DNA of 64,000 nt from Steroidobacteraceae bacterium (GTDB lineage Bacteria; Pseudomonadota; Gammaproteobacteria; Steroidobacterales; Steroidobacteraceae), in contig DATKBY010000041.1 in assembly GCA_035513555.1 (NCBI GenBank), positions 21,272 through 85,271 of the forward strand. The letters run 5' to 3'. The stretch's first letter is position 1; each line of letters starts with the position of its first letter. Below, in pieces: positions 39,228 through 55,835 of the stretch. The notes beneath the pieces were generated by a model. It did no database searches, was not told the DNA's origin, and saw only the letters and a program-made list of their open reading frames with translations. The translations under genes and the position numbers were made by a program.

Positions 39228-40234
39228 GAGGCTGGCACCAGGGCTTCGATGCGGCGACCCAGGTCATTTACCGCGAGCCCGTACAGGATGCTGCGGTTGT
39301 AACGTGTGATCACGCCGAAATTGTGGAAGCCGGCGCGGAGTTCCGGCCCGGAGTCGCCATCCACGCGGATGAAAACCGCTGGCGCCTGATCCCCCAGTGC
39401 CGTCTCGAAGCGCAGGCCGTGGTCGCGCAGCGCCTTCACGGTCATATCCGGCGCGAGCGATCCCGCGGCCAGCCCATCCGCGCGCGGAAACCAGAGCCCG
39501 GCGGCGGCAAGTACGGGCTCGCCTTTGCGCCAGCCGTGCTTTGCGAGATAGTTCGCGACGCTTGCGATGACGTCGTCCCAGCTGCCCCAGAGATCGCGCT
39601 TGTCGTCGCCGTCGCCGTCGACTGCGTACGCGCGGTAGCTGCGCGGCATGAACTGGGCCGATCCCATGGCGCCCGCATAGGAGCCGAGCACCGTCTTGAT
39701 GTCGATCTGTTCCTCGCGCGCGAGCAGCAGGAACTGCTCCAGCTCGGCGCGGAAATAGCTGCTGCGCGGGGGGTAATCGAAGGCGAGAGTCGCAAGTGCG
39801 TCGACCACCCGGAAGCGGCCGGTGATGCGCCCGAAGAACGTCTCGGCGCCGAGGATGCCGACGATGACGTGCTGGGCGACGCCGGTCTGGCGTTCGATCG
39901 CGGCGAGACGCTCGCGATGCTCGACCCAGAACTGGACTCCCGCATTGATGCGCTCGGCGGTCAGGAAATGATCGCGGTAGGTGTGCCAGGCCATGGTCTT
40001 CTCGGCCGGCTTGCTCATCAGCTCGATGATGCGTGGCTGGCTCTGTGCATCCGCGATGACGGCGTCCAGCCACGCGGAATCGAAGCCATGCTTGCTGCGC
40101 ATCTCCTCGGCGAATTTCCGCACGTCTTCCCGCGTGGCGTCGAGCGCAGACGCTGGACTGGCCGTCAGCACCAGGACGGCGGCCATCGGCAGGCACAGGA
40201 CCAGCGCTCGCAGCATCCCTGTCGCGTACGGCAT
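39224..40234 (-). CDS. mltB: lytic murein transglycosylase B
   Basis: 336 aa from the complement of 40232-40234: MPYATGMLRALVLCLPMAAV... with GILGAETFFG and SYAGAMGSAQFMP. Confidence 0.9.
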   Translation of the reverse strand: MPYATGMLRALVLCLPMAAVLVLTASPASALDATREDVRKFAEEMRSKHGFDSAWLDAVIADAQSQPRIIELMSKPAEKTMAWHTYRDHFLTAERINAGVQFWVEHRERLAAIERQTGVAQHVIVGILGAETFFGRITGRFRVVDALATLAFDYPPRSSYFRAELEQFLLLAREEQIDIKTVLGSYAGAMGSAQFMPRSYRAYAVDGDGDDKRDLWGSWDDVIASVANYLAKHGWRKGEPVLAAAGLWFPRADGLAAGSLAPDMTVKALRDHGLRFETALGDQAPAVFIRVDGDSGPELRAGFHNFGVITRYNRSILYGLAVNDLGRRIEALVPAS

Positions 40235-40236
40235 GT

Positions 40237-41370
40237 TCAACCCACGAGTTTGCGGCTGGAGTACAGCGACATCAGGATACCGAAGCCCGCCATCAGCGTC
40301 ACGAACGAGGTGCCGCCGTAGCTGACGAGCGGCAGCGGCACGCCGACCACCGGCAGGAGCCCGGTGACCATGCCCGCATTGACGAATGCGTAGACGAAAA
40401 AAGTGAGGGCGATGCTGCCCGACAGGAGCCGGGCATAGGCGTCGCGGCACTGCGTCGCCATGTAGAGGCCGCGCGCGACTATGAAAAAGTAGCCGAGCAG
40501 CAGCGCGATGAGCCCGAGCAGCCCGAGCTCTTCGCCGATCACCGCGTAGATGAAGTCGGTCGAACGCTCGGGCAGGAATTCGAGCTGTGCCTGGCTGCCG
40601 TTGGTCCAGCCCTTGCCGAATACACCGCCGGATCCGATCGCGATCTGCGACTGGATGATGTGGTAACCGGCGCCGAGCGCGTCGCTTTCGGGATCGAGCA
40701 GGGTCAGTACGCGCTGGCGCTGGTAATCGTGCATCAGGTACCAGACAAGCGGCACGGCCGCGCCCGCGACCGCCACCCCGCCCAGCAGGTAGGCCGTCGA
40801 CAGCCCGCCCATGAACAGCACGATGACGCCGGCGGCGAGGACCAGCACGGCAGTGCCGAGGTCCGGCTGCTCCGCGATCATCAGCACCGGCACGATGATC
40901 ACCGCGAGCACGACCGCAATGTCGCGCAGAGCCGGCGGCAGCGGCCGCTGGTGCAGGTACCAGGCGCACATCATCGGCACGCCGAGTTTCATGATCTCCG
41001 ACGGCTGGAAGCGCACGACGCCGAGGTCGAGCCAGCGCTGGGCGCCTTTGCCGACGTCGCCGGCGACGGCGACGACGATCAGCAGGACCAGACCGAAGCC
41101 GTACGCAACCGGCGCCAGCATGCGCAGGAAATGGTCGGGCACCTGCGCCAGCGCGATCATGACCGCGAAGCCGATGCCGAGCCGCGCGAGCTGGTTGAAC
41201 CAGAGCGCCGTATTGTCGCCGGCGGCGCTGTACAGGACGAACAAACCGAAGAAGCTGACGGCCGCGACGCCCGAAAGCAGCATGCCGTCGAGATGCAGCG
41301 TGCGCATCAGGCGGGCGGGTGCCGAGACGGTGCGCCGGGTGCGCGAGGCGCCACGCTCCCCGTACATCAT
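40237..41370 (-). CDS. rodA: peptidoglycan glycosyltransferase RodA (SEDS family)
   Basis: 377 aa. The start ATGATG overlaps the mrdA stop. Polytopic, with the SEDS C-terminus PVVGVPLPLVSYGGTS. Confidence 0.94.
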   Translation of the reverse strand: MMYGERGASRTRRTVSAPARLMRTLHLDGMLLSGVAAVSFFGLFVLYSAAGDNTALWFNQLARLGIGFAVMIALAQVPDHFLRMLAPVAYGFGLVLLIVVAVAGDVGKGAQRWLDLGVVRFQPSEIMKLGVPMMCAWYLHQRPLPPALRDIAVVLAVIIVPVLMIAEQPDLGTAVLVLAAGVIVLFMGGLSTAYLLGGVAVAGAAVPLVWYLMHDYQRQRVLTLLDPESDALGAGYHIIQSQIAIGSGGVFGKGWTNGSQAQLEFLPERSTDFIYAVIGEELGLLGLIALLLGYFFIVARGLYMATQCRDAYARLLSGSIALTFFVYAFVNAGMVTGLLPVVGVPLPLVSYGGTSFVTLMAGFGILMSLYSSRKLVG

Positions 41371-43247
41371 TGCGGCGTCTCCGAGAGGTAGGCGTCGAAG
41401 ATGGCGCGTGCAATCGGCGCGGCTACCGCGCTGCCGGCGCCGCCATTCTCGACCAGCACCGCGATCGCGAGCCTGGGGGCGTCCGCTGGCGCGAAAGCAA
41501 TGAAGAGCGCGTGATCGCGCAGCCGTTCGGCCACCGTTTTCGCGTCGTAGCGCTCGGTCTGGCCGATCGAATACACCTGCGCCGTGCCGGTCTTGCCGGC
41601 GATGGAGTAAAGCGCGCCGCGCGAGGCGCGCAGCGCGGTGCCGCGCGGTCCGCTCGTGACCGCCACCATCGCGCTGATGATGGTCTCCCAGTTCCGGCGC
41701 TCTTTCAGCTCGATCGGCGGCAGCGCCTGCGGCGGCTTCTCTTCGATTGCGCCGGTCTCCGGATCCACGAGCGCCTGCACGAGCCGCGGCCGGAAATGCT
41801 GGCCGCGCATGGCGAGGACCGCCGTCGACTTCGCGAGCTGCAGCAGGGTCGCCGTCCAGAAACCCTGCCCGATCCCGACGATGACAGTCTCGCCCGGAAA
41901 CCACACCTGCTGCTCGCGACCCGAGAATGCGGATTTCTTCCATTGCGTCGAGGGCATGATCCCGCCGCGTTCGCCCGGGATGTCGATCCCGGTCGGTATG
42001 CCGAAGCCGATGCGGTTCATGGCATCGTGGATGCGGTCGATGCCGAGCGTGTTGGCGAGCCGGTAGAAGTAGACGTCGCAGGACTGCATGATCGCATTTT
42101 CCATGTTGACGGTGCCATGGCCCTCGCGCTTCCAGTCGCGGAACCGGTGCCGCGAATTCGGCAGCGAATAATGGCCGGGGCAGTAGATCGAATCCTCGGG
42201 CTTCACAACGTCGTATTCGAGACCGGCCAGTGCCATGACCGGCTTGATCGTCGAGCCGGGCGGGTAGGTGCCGCGCAGCGCGCGATTGAACAGCGGCTGG
42301 TCGGGATTCTCGGTCAGTGCAAGGTAGTCGCTGCGCGAAATGCCGCGCGCGAAGCCATTAGGATCGAATGAAGGCAGGCTTGCGAAGACCAGCACGTCGC
42401 CGTTCGACGGATCGAGTGCGACCACCGCGCCACGCCGGCCCGCCATCGCTTCTTCCGCGATGCGCTGCAATTCGATATCCAGCGTCAAGCGCAGCTCGCG
42501 CCCGGCCCGCGGCTCCCGGCTCTTCAACTGCGCGTCGACACCGTCCGGCAGCTTTCCCGGGCGCCCCTCGGCGTTGACTAGGACTTCGCGGTAGCCGCCG
42601 GCGCCCAGCAGTTCTTCCTCGTAGGCGCGCTCGATACCGGTCTTGCCGATCACGCCGGTGCCAAAATAGCGTTCGCGGTCGACACGCGAGAGGTCCTCCT
42701 CGCTGATCGTGCCGACATAGCCGAGCGCGTGGGCACCCACCTGTCCGTAGGGATAATGCCGCGCCAGGCGGGTCTCCAGCATCACGCCGGGCAGCTCGTG
42801 CCGGTGCACCGCGTAGCGCGCAATCTTTTCGTCGTCGAGCTGCAGCAGGACCGGCACGGCCTCGAACGAGCGGCGCGACAGCACAAGCTGCCGCACGCGG
42901 CCGATGTCCTCCGCCTCGAGCAGACCGATCCTGGCGAGCCGAGCGAGCGTCGCATCGAGATCGCCCGCCTGTTCGCGGATCAGTTCGAGCTGGTACGCAG
43001 GCGTGTTCTCCGCGATCAGCCGGCCCGCGCGGTCGTAGATGACGCCGCGGTTGGGCGGCAGCGGCTCGATGCGGGCGCGATTGCCCTGCGACAGCTCGAG
43101 GTAATGCGCGTGCTGCACGACCTGAAGCCAGAATGCACGGCCGGACAGCGCCAGCACCAGGATCGAGACCAGGGCCGCCGCAAGGAACACGCGCTGCAGG
43201 AACAGGCGCTGTTCCAGGGCATCGTCCTTGATGCGGACCCGGCGCAT
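41367..43247 (-). CDS. mrdA: penicillin-binding protein 2 (elongasome transpeptidase)
   Basis: 626 aa with an N-terminal anchor, PGSTIKP (SxxK) and KTGTAQV. Confidence 0.95.
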   Translation of the reverse strand: MRRVRIKDDALEQRLFLQRVFLAAALVSILVLALSGRAFWLQVVQHAHYLELSQGNRARIEPLPPNRGVIYDRAGRLIAENTPAYQLELIREQAGDLDATLARLARIGLLEAEDIGRVRQLVLSRRSFEAVPVLLQLDDEKIARYAVHRHELPGVMLETRLARHYPYGQVGAHALGYVGTISEEDLSRVDRERYFGTGVIGKTGIERAYEEELLGAGGYREVLVNAEGRPGKLPDGVDAQLKSREPRAGRELRLTLDIELQRIAEEAMAGRRGAVVALDPSNGDVLVFASLPSFDPNGFARGISRSDYLALTENPDQPLFNRALRGTYPPGSTIKPVMALAGLEYDVVKPEDSIYCPGHYSLPNSRHRFRDWKREGHGTVNMENAIMQSCDVYFYRLANTLGIDRIHDAMNRIGFGIPTGIDIPGERGGIMPSTQWKKSAFSGREQQVWFPGETVIVGIGQGFWTATLLQLAKSTAVLAMRGQHFRPRLVQALVDPETGAIEEKPPQALPPIELKERRNWETIISAMVAVTSGPRGTALRASRGALYSIAGKTGTAQVYSIGQTERYDAKTVAERLRDHALFIAFAPADAPRLAIAVLVENGGAGSAVAAPIARAIFDAYLSETPQ

Positions 43248-43250
43248 GAT

Positions 43251-43736
43251 CTATCGGCGCGCCGCGAATCGCGCGTAGAGGCTGGCAATCAGCGGCCAGC
43301 AGGCGGCGCCCGCAGGGACCGCCAGCCAGCGGCGCCAGTCGGTCACCGGATGGCCGGCCACGCCGTCAATCCAGAACAGCAGGAACTCATTGAGCCACAG
43401 CAGCGCGAGGATCACCGCGGTCTGCTGCAGCGGTGGGAAAGCGCGCACCTGCAGACGCAACTTGGCCGCAACATAAGCGATCACGACCAGGGACAACGCA
43501 TGCTGGCCCAGCAACACGCCGCGAAACGCGTCGAGCGCAAGTCCCGCGCCCCAGGCATGGAAGAGACCCGTGAGCCGCGGCGCCAACAGGCTGAACCACA
43601 GCACGGTCAGCGCGACGAAATCAGGCCGTACGAGTTCGAGCCAATCCGGCAACGGCGCGACCGAGGCGGTCAGCGCGATGAGTGTCAGCGCGATGATCCG
43701 CGGCCAGCCGAAATGAGAGCTTGAGCGACGGGCCAT
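43251..43736 (-). CDS. mreD: rod shape-determining protein MreD
   Basis: 161-aa polytopic protein between mreC and mrdA. Confidence 0.88.
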   Translation of the reverse strand: MARRSSSHFGWPRIIALTLIALTASVAPLPDWLELVRPDFVALTVLWFSLLAPRLTGLFHAWGAGLALDAFRGVLLGQHALSLVVIAYVAAKLRLQVRAFPPLQQTAVILALLWLNEFLLFWIDGVAGHPVTDWRRWLAVPAGAACWPLIASLYARFAARR

Positions 43737-43738
43737 GG

Positions 43739-44749
43739 TCAGTGCTCCGCCGGCGGCTGTTCTGCGACAGGCGGCTCTGTGGCGGGCGGCTCTGCGACCG
43801 GCGATGGTGCGGCAGGCGGCGCTGCGGGAGTCGCAGGCGGCGCGGCCGTTTTCGGTTCCGAAGCCGATTGCGGTTCCGGTTCGGGCCCGGGTTCCGGCTC
43901 GACGACGGCATTGTCGAACCAGACGAGCAGTATCTCCGGGTCGCGGTCGAGTCCGGCAAGCGGTGCGGCTTCGATCGCGAGCAATGGCTGCGACGGATCG
44001 CGGACCACGGAAGTCACCTTGCCGACCGGATATCCCGGCGGATAGACGCCGCCAAGCCCGGAACTGACGAGCAGGTCGCCATCGACGACGTCGGCGTTCA
44101 GCGGCAGGTACGGAAGGGACAGCATGCCGGTGCGACCGGTGCCGAGTGCGATCGAGCGCGTACCGGTCCGGTTGATCTGCACCGGGATCGCGTGCTCCGG
44201 ATCGGAGATCAGGATCACCTCGGCCGAGACCGGTCCCGCGCGCATGACCTGGCCAAAGACGCCATTCGCGTCGAGCACTGCCTGGCCGCGGAACACGCCA
44301 TTGAGCGAACCCTTGTTGACCAGCACGCGCTGGCGGAAAGGATCGAGGTCGACCCGAACTATTTCCGCGATGAGCGTCCTCTGCACGACGCGCGATGTGC
44401 TCTCGCCCGCAGCGCGCAGCCGCCGGTTCTCCTGCTCGAGGGATTCGAAACGCATCATCCTGAGCCGCAGCAGGAAATTGTCGGCGGCAAGCCCGACGTT
44501 ATCTGCTTCGATGCGTGAGCGCGACGCAAACGACTCGCGTGCCGCGGTCCAGGCGGCGAGCGGCGCCTGCACGGTCCACTGAAACGGATACGCGGCTGCC
44601 GACAGCCAGTCGCGAATGACGGCGAGGTGATGCTGGCGATGATCGGCGACCATCAGGCCGGCGGACATCAGCGCGAGCACGATAAGACGGAGGCCAAGCG
44701 CGGGGCCGCCGAGCAACAGTGGCCGCGAGTTCGGCTCGTGTTGGTTCAC
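43739..44749 (-). CDS. mreC: rod shape-determining protein MreC
   Basis: GTG 44749 is preceded by AGAGG, whereas the track start 44815 overlaps mreB. Has an anchor, a coiled coil, beta-barrel repeats and a Pro/Glu/Ala-rich tail. Confidence 0.9.
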   Translation of the reverse strand: MNQHEPNSRPLLLGGPALGLRLIVLALMSAGLMVADHRQHHLAVIRDWLSAAAYPFQWTVQAPLAAWTAARESFASRSRIEADNVGLAADNFLLRLRMMRFESLEQENRRLRAAGESTSRVVQRTLIAEIVRVDLDPFRQRVLVNKGSLNGVFRGQAVLDANGVFGQVMRAGPVSAEVILISDPEHAIPVQINRTGTRSIALGTGRTGMLSLPYLPLNADVVDGDLLVSSGLGGVYPPGYPVGKVTSVVRDPSQPLLAIEAAPLAGLDRDPEILLVWFDNAVVEPEPGPEPEPQSASEPKTAAPPATPAAPPAAPSPVAEPPATEPPVAEQPPAEH

Positions 44750-44756
44750 GAGGCCT

Positions 44757-45887
<1,131 letters not shown>

Positions 45888-45923
45888 TCAAGTTTTTCCC
45901 ATATTTTCCCTTGTGGTGCGATC

Positions 45924-46214
45924 GTGACGCTGACCCGCCGCGATGTTGAATCCATCGCGCATCTGGCGCGACTGCAGATGACCGAGGACGAATTGCCTGT
46001 CTACGTCGGCAGCCTGTCGGCGATCCTCGCCTTCGTGGAACAGCTCGCGGCCGTCGCGACCGACGGCGTGACGCCGATGGCGCACCCGCTCGAGGGCCAG
46101 GTGCAGCCCCTTCGTGAGGACTGCGTCACGGAATCGGATCATCGCGACCGTTATCAGGGCAACGCGGCGGCGGTCGACGCCGGGCTCTACCTGGTGCCAA
46201 AGGTCCTCGAATGA
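45924..46214 (+). CDS. gatC: Asp/Glu-tRNA amidotransferase subunit C
   Basis: 96 aa with GTG start: [17 protein letters not shown]... Confidence 0.93.
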   Translation: MTLTRRDVESIAHLARLQMTEDELPVYVGSLSAILAFVEQLAAVATDGVTPMAHPLEGQVQPLREDCVTESDHRDRYQGNAAAVDAGLYLVPKVLE

Positions 46215-47671
46215 GCCTGCATCTCGACACCGCAGCTGCGATCGGCCGGGGGCTGCGGTCGAAAAATTACTCGAGCGAGGAGGTCACGCGCCATTTCCTC
46301 GAGCGGATCGACCACGCCAACAAGTCGCTGAACGCGTTCATCACCGTCACGCCCGAGCGCGCGATGGCGGATGCGCGGCGCGCGGACGGAATGCTGGCGC
46401 GCGGCCTTGGCGGGCCGCTGACCGGCGTGCCGCTCGCGCACAAGGACATCTTCTGCACGTCGGGGGTCCTGACCACGGCGGGCTCGCGGATGCTGTCGAA
46501 TTTCGTCGCGCCTTACGACGCGACCGTCGTCGAACGCCTCGCGGCGGCGGGCACCGTGCTGCTCGGCAAGACCAACATGGATGAGTTCGCGATGGGCTCG
46601 TCGAACGAGACGAGTTTCTATGGCCCCGTGCGCAATCCCTGGGACGGCACGCGCGTGCCCGGCGGTTCTTCCGGCGGTTCGGCGGCGTCCGTCGCCGCTC
46701 GGCTCGCGCCGGTCGCAACCGGCACCGACACGGGCGGGTCGATCCGCCAGCCGGCAGCGCTCACGGGACTGACCGGTTTCAAGCCGACTTACGGGCGCGT
46801 TTCACGTTACGGCATGATCGCGTTCGCCTCCAGCCTCGACCAGGCCGGCGTGCTCGCGCAGTCGGCGGAGGACGCTGCGCTCGTGCTAAGCGCGATGGCA
46901 GGCGGCGATGCGCGCGACTCGACCTGCGTCGACGTGCCGGTGCCCGACTACCTCGCCGCGCTGGGGCGGCCCGTGAAGGGTCTGCGCATCGGGATCATCC
47001 GCGAGTTCTTCGGGGAGGGCCTCGATGCAGGCGTGGGCTCGGCCGTGCGCGCGGCGCTCGACGGCTTCCAGGCCGCCGGCGCCAGACTCGTCGACGTCAG
47101 CCTGCCTAATCTGCCGCTGTCCGTGCCGACCTACTACGTGGTCGCGCCGGCGGAATGCTCGTCGAACCTGTCGCGCTATGACGGCGTCCGGTTCGGCCAC
47201 CGCTGCCTGGACCCACGCGACCTGATGGACCTCTACAAGCGCACGCGCGGCGAAGGCTTCGGCGCCGAGGTCAAGCGCCGCGTCATGACCGGCACCTACG
47301 TGCTGTCCGCCGGCTATTACGATGCCTACTATCTTAAAGCGCAGAAGGTGCGGAGCCTCATCAACGAAGATTTCAGGCGCGCCTTCGGCGAGGTGGACGT
47401 TCTGATGGGGCCGACGACGCCGACACCCGCATTCGCGCTCGGCGCCAAGACCGACGATCCGATCACGATGTACCTGAACGACATCTACACGATCGGCGCG
47501 AATCTCGCAGGACTGCCAGCGGTGTCCGTTCCCTGCGGGCTGGTCGACGGGCTGCCGGTCGGCCTGCAGATCATCGGCCCGCACTTTTCGGAGGAGCGCC
47601 TGCTTGCCGCCGCGCATGCCTGGCAGCTCGAGACCGACTGGCACCGGCGTCATCCGCCGCTGTTCTCCTGA
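46211..47671 (+). CDS. gatA: Asp/Glu-tRNA amidotransferase subunit A
   Basis: 486 aa with the amidase signature GGSSGGSAA. Confidence 0.97.
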   Translation: MSLHLDTAAAIGRGLRSKNYSSEEVTRHFLERIDHANKSLNAFITVTPERAMADARRADGMLARGLGGPLTGVPLAHKDIFCTSGVLTTAGSRMLSNFVAPYDATVVERLAAAGTVLLGKTNMDEFAMGSSNETSFYGPVRNPWDGTRVPGGSSGGSAASVAARLAPVATGTDTGGSIRQPAALTGLTGFKPTYGRVSRYGMIAFASSLDQAGVLAQSAEDAALVLSAMAGGDARDSTCVDVPVPDYLAALGRPVKGLRIGIIREFFGEGLDAGVGSAVRAALDGFQAAGARLVDVSLPNLPLSVPTYYVVAPAECSSNLSRYDGVRFGHRCLDPRDLMDLYKRTRGEGFGAEVKRRVMTGTYVLSAGYYDAYYLKAQKVRSLINEDFRRAFGEVDVLMGPTTPTPAFALGAKTDDPITMYLNDIYTIGANLAGLPAVSVPCGLVDGLPVGLQIIGPHFSEERLLAAAHAWQLETDWHRRHPPLFS

Positions 47672-47678
47672 GGTTGCG

Positions 47679-49124
47679 ATGAGCACCGAATGGGAAACCG
47701 TCATCGGCCTCGAGATCCACGCGCAGCTCGCGACGCGCTCCAAGATCTTCTCCGGTTCGTCAACCGCCTACGGCGCGGCGCCGAACGTGCAGGCGAACCT
47801 CGTCGACCTCGGTTATCCGGGCGTGTTGCCGGTGCTTAACCGCGAAGCCGTGCGCATGGCCGTGCGTTTCGGGCTCGCGATCGGAGCGACGATCTCGCGC
47901 CGCTCGATCTTCGCGCGCAAGAATTATTTTTACCCGGACCTGCCGAAGGGCTACCAGATCAGCCAGTACGAGCAGCCGATCGTCGAAGACGGCTCGATCG
48001 ACGTCGTGCTCGAAGACGGCGCGCGCAAGACCATCGGCGTCACGCGCGCACATCTCGAGGAGGATGCCGGCAAGTCGCTTCACGAAGGCCTCGGCCGCTC
48101 GACCGGCATCGACCTCAACCGCGCCGGAACCCCGCTGCTCGAAATCGTCTCCGAGCCGGACATGCGCTCGGCCCGCGAGGCCGTCGCCTACATGAAGAAG
48201 GTGCACACGCTGGTGCGCTATCTCGGGATCTGCGACGGCAACATGCAGGAAGGCTCGTTCCGCTGCGACGCGAATGTTTCGGTGCGGCACCGCGGGCGGC
48301 ACGAATTCGGCACGCGCTGCGAGATCAAGAACCTGAATTCCTTCCGTTTTATCGAGCGCGCCATCAATCATGAGGTCGCGCGTCAGATCGAGCTGGTCGA
48401 GGGGGGCGGCAGCGTCGTGCAGGAGACACGGCTGTATGATCCGGATCGCGACGAGACGCGCCCCATGCGGTCCAAGGAGGAAGCGAACGATTATCGCTAC
48501 TTCCCGGATCCGGACCTGCTGCCGCTCGCGCTCGACGACACATTCATCGATGACGTCCGCAGCTCGCTGCCGGAACTGCCCGATGCGAAGGCGGCCAGGC
48601 TCGTGCGCGATCATGGCCTGTCCGAATACGATGCCGGCGTGCTGACGGCGAGCCGCGAGCTCGCCGATTACTACGAGCAGGTCGCCGCCGCAACGGGCGG
48701 CGAGTGGAAGCTCGCCGCAAACTGGGTCATGGGCGAGCTCTCCGGCTTCCTGAATCGCGATGGCCTGGAAATCGGAGAATCGCGCGTCGATGCGCCACGG
48801 CTTGCGGGCCTGCTGAAGCGCATCGTCGACGGGACGGTCTCGGGAAAACTCGCCAAAGACGTGTTCGAGGCCATGTGGAGCGAAGGCCGGGACGCGGACG
48901 CCGTCATCGACGCGCGCGGCCTGCGCCAGATCACGGATCCGGGCGAGATCGAGCGCGTCATCGCCGACGTCATGGCGGCGAACCCGCGCCAGCTCGCCGA
49001 TTACCGTTCGGGCAAAGACAAGCTCTTCGGTTTCTTCGTCGGGCAGGTCATGAAGGCGACTGCCGGCAAGGCGAACCCGGCACAGGTCAACGAACTGCTG
49101 AAACGCATGCTCGCGGGGCCATGA
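47679..49124 (+). CDS. gatB: Asp/Glu-tRNA amidotransferase subunit B
   Basis: Starts at ATG 47679 in the track ORF: [17 protein letters not shown]... Confidence 0.97.
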   Translation: MSTEWETVIGLEIHAQLATRSKIFSGSSTAYGAAPNVQANLVDLGYPGVLPVLNREAVRMAVRFGLAIGATISRRSIFARKNYFYPDLPKGYQISQYEQPIVEDGSIDVVLEDGARKTIGVTRAHLEEDAGKSLHEGLGRSTGIDLNRAGTPLLEIVSEPDMRSAREAVAYMKKVHTLVRYLGICDGNMQEGSFRCDANVSVRHRGRHEFGTRCEIKNLNSFRFIERAINHEVARQIELVEGGGSVVQETRLYDPDRDETRPMRSKEEANDYRYFPDPDLLPLALDDTFIDDVRSSLPELPDAKAARLVRDHGLSEYDAGVLTASRELADYYEQVAAATGGEWKLAANWVMGELSGFLNRDGLEIGESRVDAPRLAGLLKRIVDGTVSGKLAKDVFEAMWSEGRDADAVIDARGLRQITDPGEIERVIADVMAANPRQLADYRSGKDKLFGFFVGQVMKATAGKANPAQVNELLKRMLAGP

Positions 49125-50017
49125 CCGCTCCGGGCGACCTGTTGCACCGTTTCCTGTTCGAAGACCAGCCGGTCCGCGGCCACCTGGTGCGCCTCGACGC
49201 GAGCTGGCGCGCCACAGTCGAGCATCACGACTATGGGCGGCCTGTCAGCGACGCGCTCGGCGAGGCAATGGCCGCCGCGGTGCTGATGGCCGGCGCGCTG
49301 GAATTCGAAGGCCGGCTGTCGCTGCAGTTCGAAGGCAAGGGTCCGGTGCGGCTGATGCTCGCGCAGTGCACGCACCGGCATGCGATCCGCGGCGTGGCCC
49401 GGCATGAAGGACTTCCGGCGGGGGCGGGGGGCATCGCGCTGTTCGGCGACGGCCAGCTCGCCGTCACGATCGAACAGCCGGAGGGCTGCGACCGCTACCA
49501 GGGCGTCGTGCCGCTCGACCGGCGAAGTCTGGCGGACTGCCTCGATCAATATTTCGAGCGCTCCGAGCAGCTCCCTTCGCGCTTCATGCTGGCTGCGACG
49601 CCAGGCCGTGCGGCCGGCCTCATGCTGCAGCGGGTGGCGGGCGACACCGGCACGCCGGGCGATCAGGCGGCGGCGGACGATGCGTGGCGCCGCATCGGGC
49701 TCCTTGCCGCCACGGTGTCACCGCAGGAGCTGCTTGAGACGCCGTGCCGGCAACTGCTCGGCCGGTTGTTTGCCGAGGACGATATCCGCCTGTTCGAAGG
49801 CACACCGGTCTTCTTCCAGTGCAGCTGCTCGCGCGAACGTGTCACGGGAATCCTGCAATCGCTGGGGCCCGAGGAATTACACTCGCTGCTGAAAGAGCGC
49901 GGTGACGTCGAGGTGCGCTGCGAGTTCTGCAACCGTGCCTGGCGCTTCGACGCGGTGGATGTCGCGGCGCTCTTTTCGGCGGGTGCGCCGCAGCAGGCGC
50001 CGCCGGGAGTGCATTGA
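49121..50017 (+). CDS. hslO: redox-regulated chaperone Hsp33
   Basis: Starts at ATG 49121 (ATGA overlap with gatB). C-terminal zinc centre CSCSRERV...CEFCNRAW. Confidence 0.9.
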   Translation: MTAPGDLLHRFLFEDQPVRGHLVRLDASWRATVEHHDYGRPVSDALGEAMAAAVLMAGALEFEGRLSLQFEGKGPVRLMLAQCTHRHAIRGVARHEGLPAGAGGIALFGDGQLAVTIEQPEGCDRYQGVVPLDRRSLADCLDQYFERSEQLPSRFMLAATPGRAAGLMLQRVAGDTGTPGDQAAADDAWRRIGLLAATVSPQELLETPCRQLLGRLFAEDDIRLFEGTPVFFQCSCSRERVTGILQSLGPEELHSLLKERGDVEVRCEFCNRAWRFDAVDVAALFSAGAPQQAPPGVH

Positions 50018-50022
50018 CGAGG

Positions 50023-55305
<5,283 letters not shown>

Positions 55306-55379
55306 GGAGCGCCGAATCGTGCGGCGGCCGCGACGAAGCGCGCCCGGCGTCCACCGGTGTCCGCTATGCTTCGGTCATC

Positions 55380-55835
55380 GTGAGCTTGCGCTTCACCGTC
55401 AATGGCGTCGACCGCGAGTTCGCGGGCGATGGCGAGATGCCGCTGCTCTGGTATCTGCGTGATCACGCCCGCCTGACCGGGACCAAGTTCGGTTGCGGCA
55501 ACGGTATCTGCGGCGCCTGCACCGTGCTCGTTGACGGCGCGGCACAGCGCTCCTGCGTCGTGCCGGTTTCCGCCGTCGCGGGGCGGTCGGTGACGACTAT
55601 CGAGGGCCTCGGCGAATCCGGGCTGCACGCCGTGCAGAAAGCCTGGCTCGAGGAAGACGTGGCGCAGTGCGGCTACTGCCAGGCCGGGCAGATCATGGCC
55701 GCCGTCGCGTTGCTGGAAAAGACTCCGGATCCCGCCCCGGCGGATATCGATTCGATCACCAACCTGTGCCGCTGTGGAACCTATGTTCGCATCCGGCGCG
55801 CAATCGCGCGCGCCGCGCGGGACCTGTCGAAGTGA
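55380..55835 (+). CDS. (2Fe-2S)-binding small subunit of an IorAB/aldehyde-oxidoreductase-type molybdoenzyme
   Basis: Starts at GTG 55380. Contains [19 protein letters not shown] and CRCGTY. Confidence 0.88.
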   Translation: MSLRFTVNGVDREFAGDGEMPLLWYLRDHARLTGTKFGCGNGICGACTVLVDGAAQRSCVVPVSAVAGRSVTTIEGLGESGLHAVQKAWLEEDVAQCGYCQAGQIMAAVALLEKTPDPAPADIDSITNLCRCGTYVRIRRAIARAARDLSK

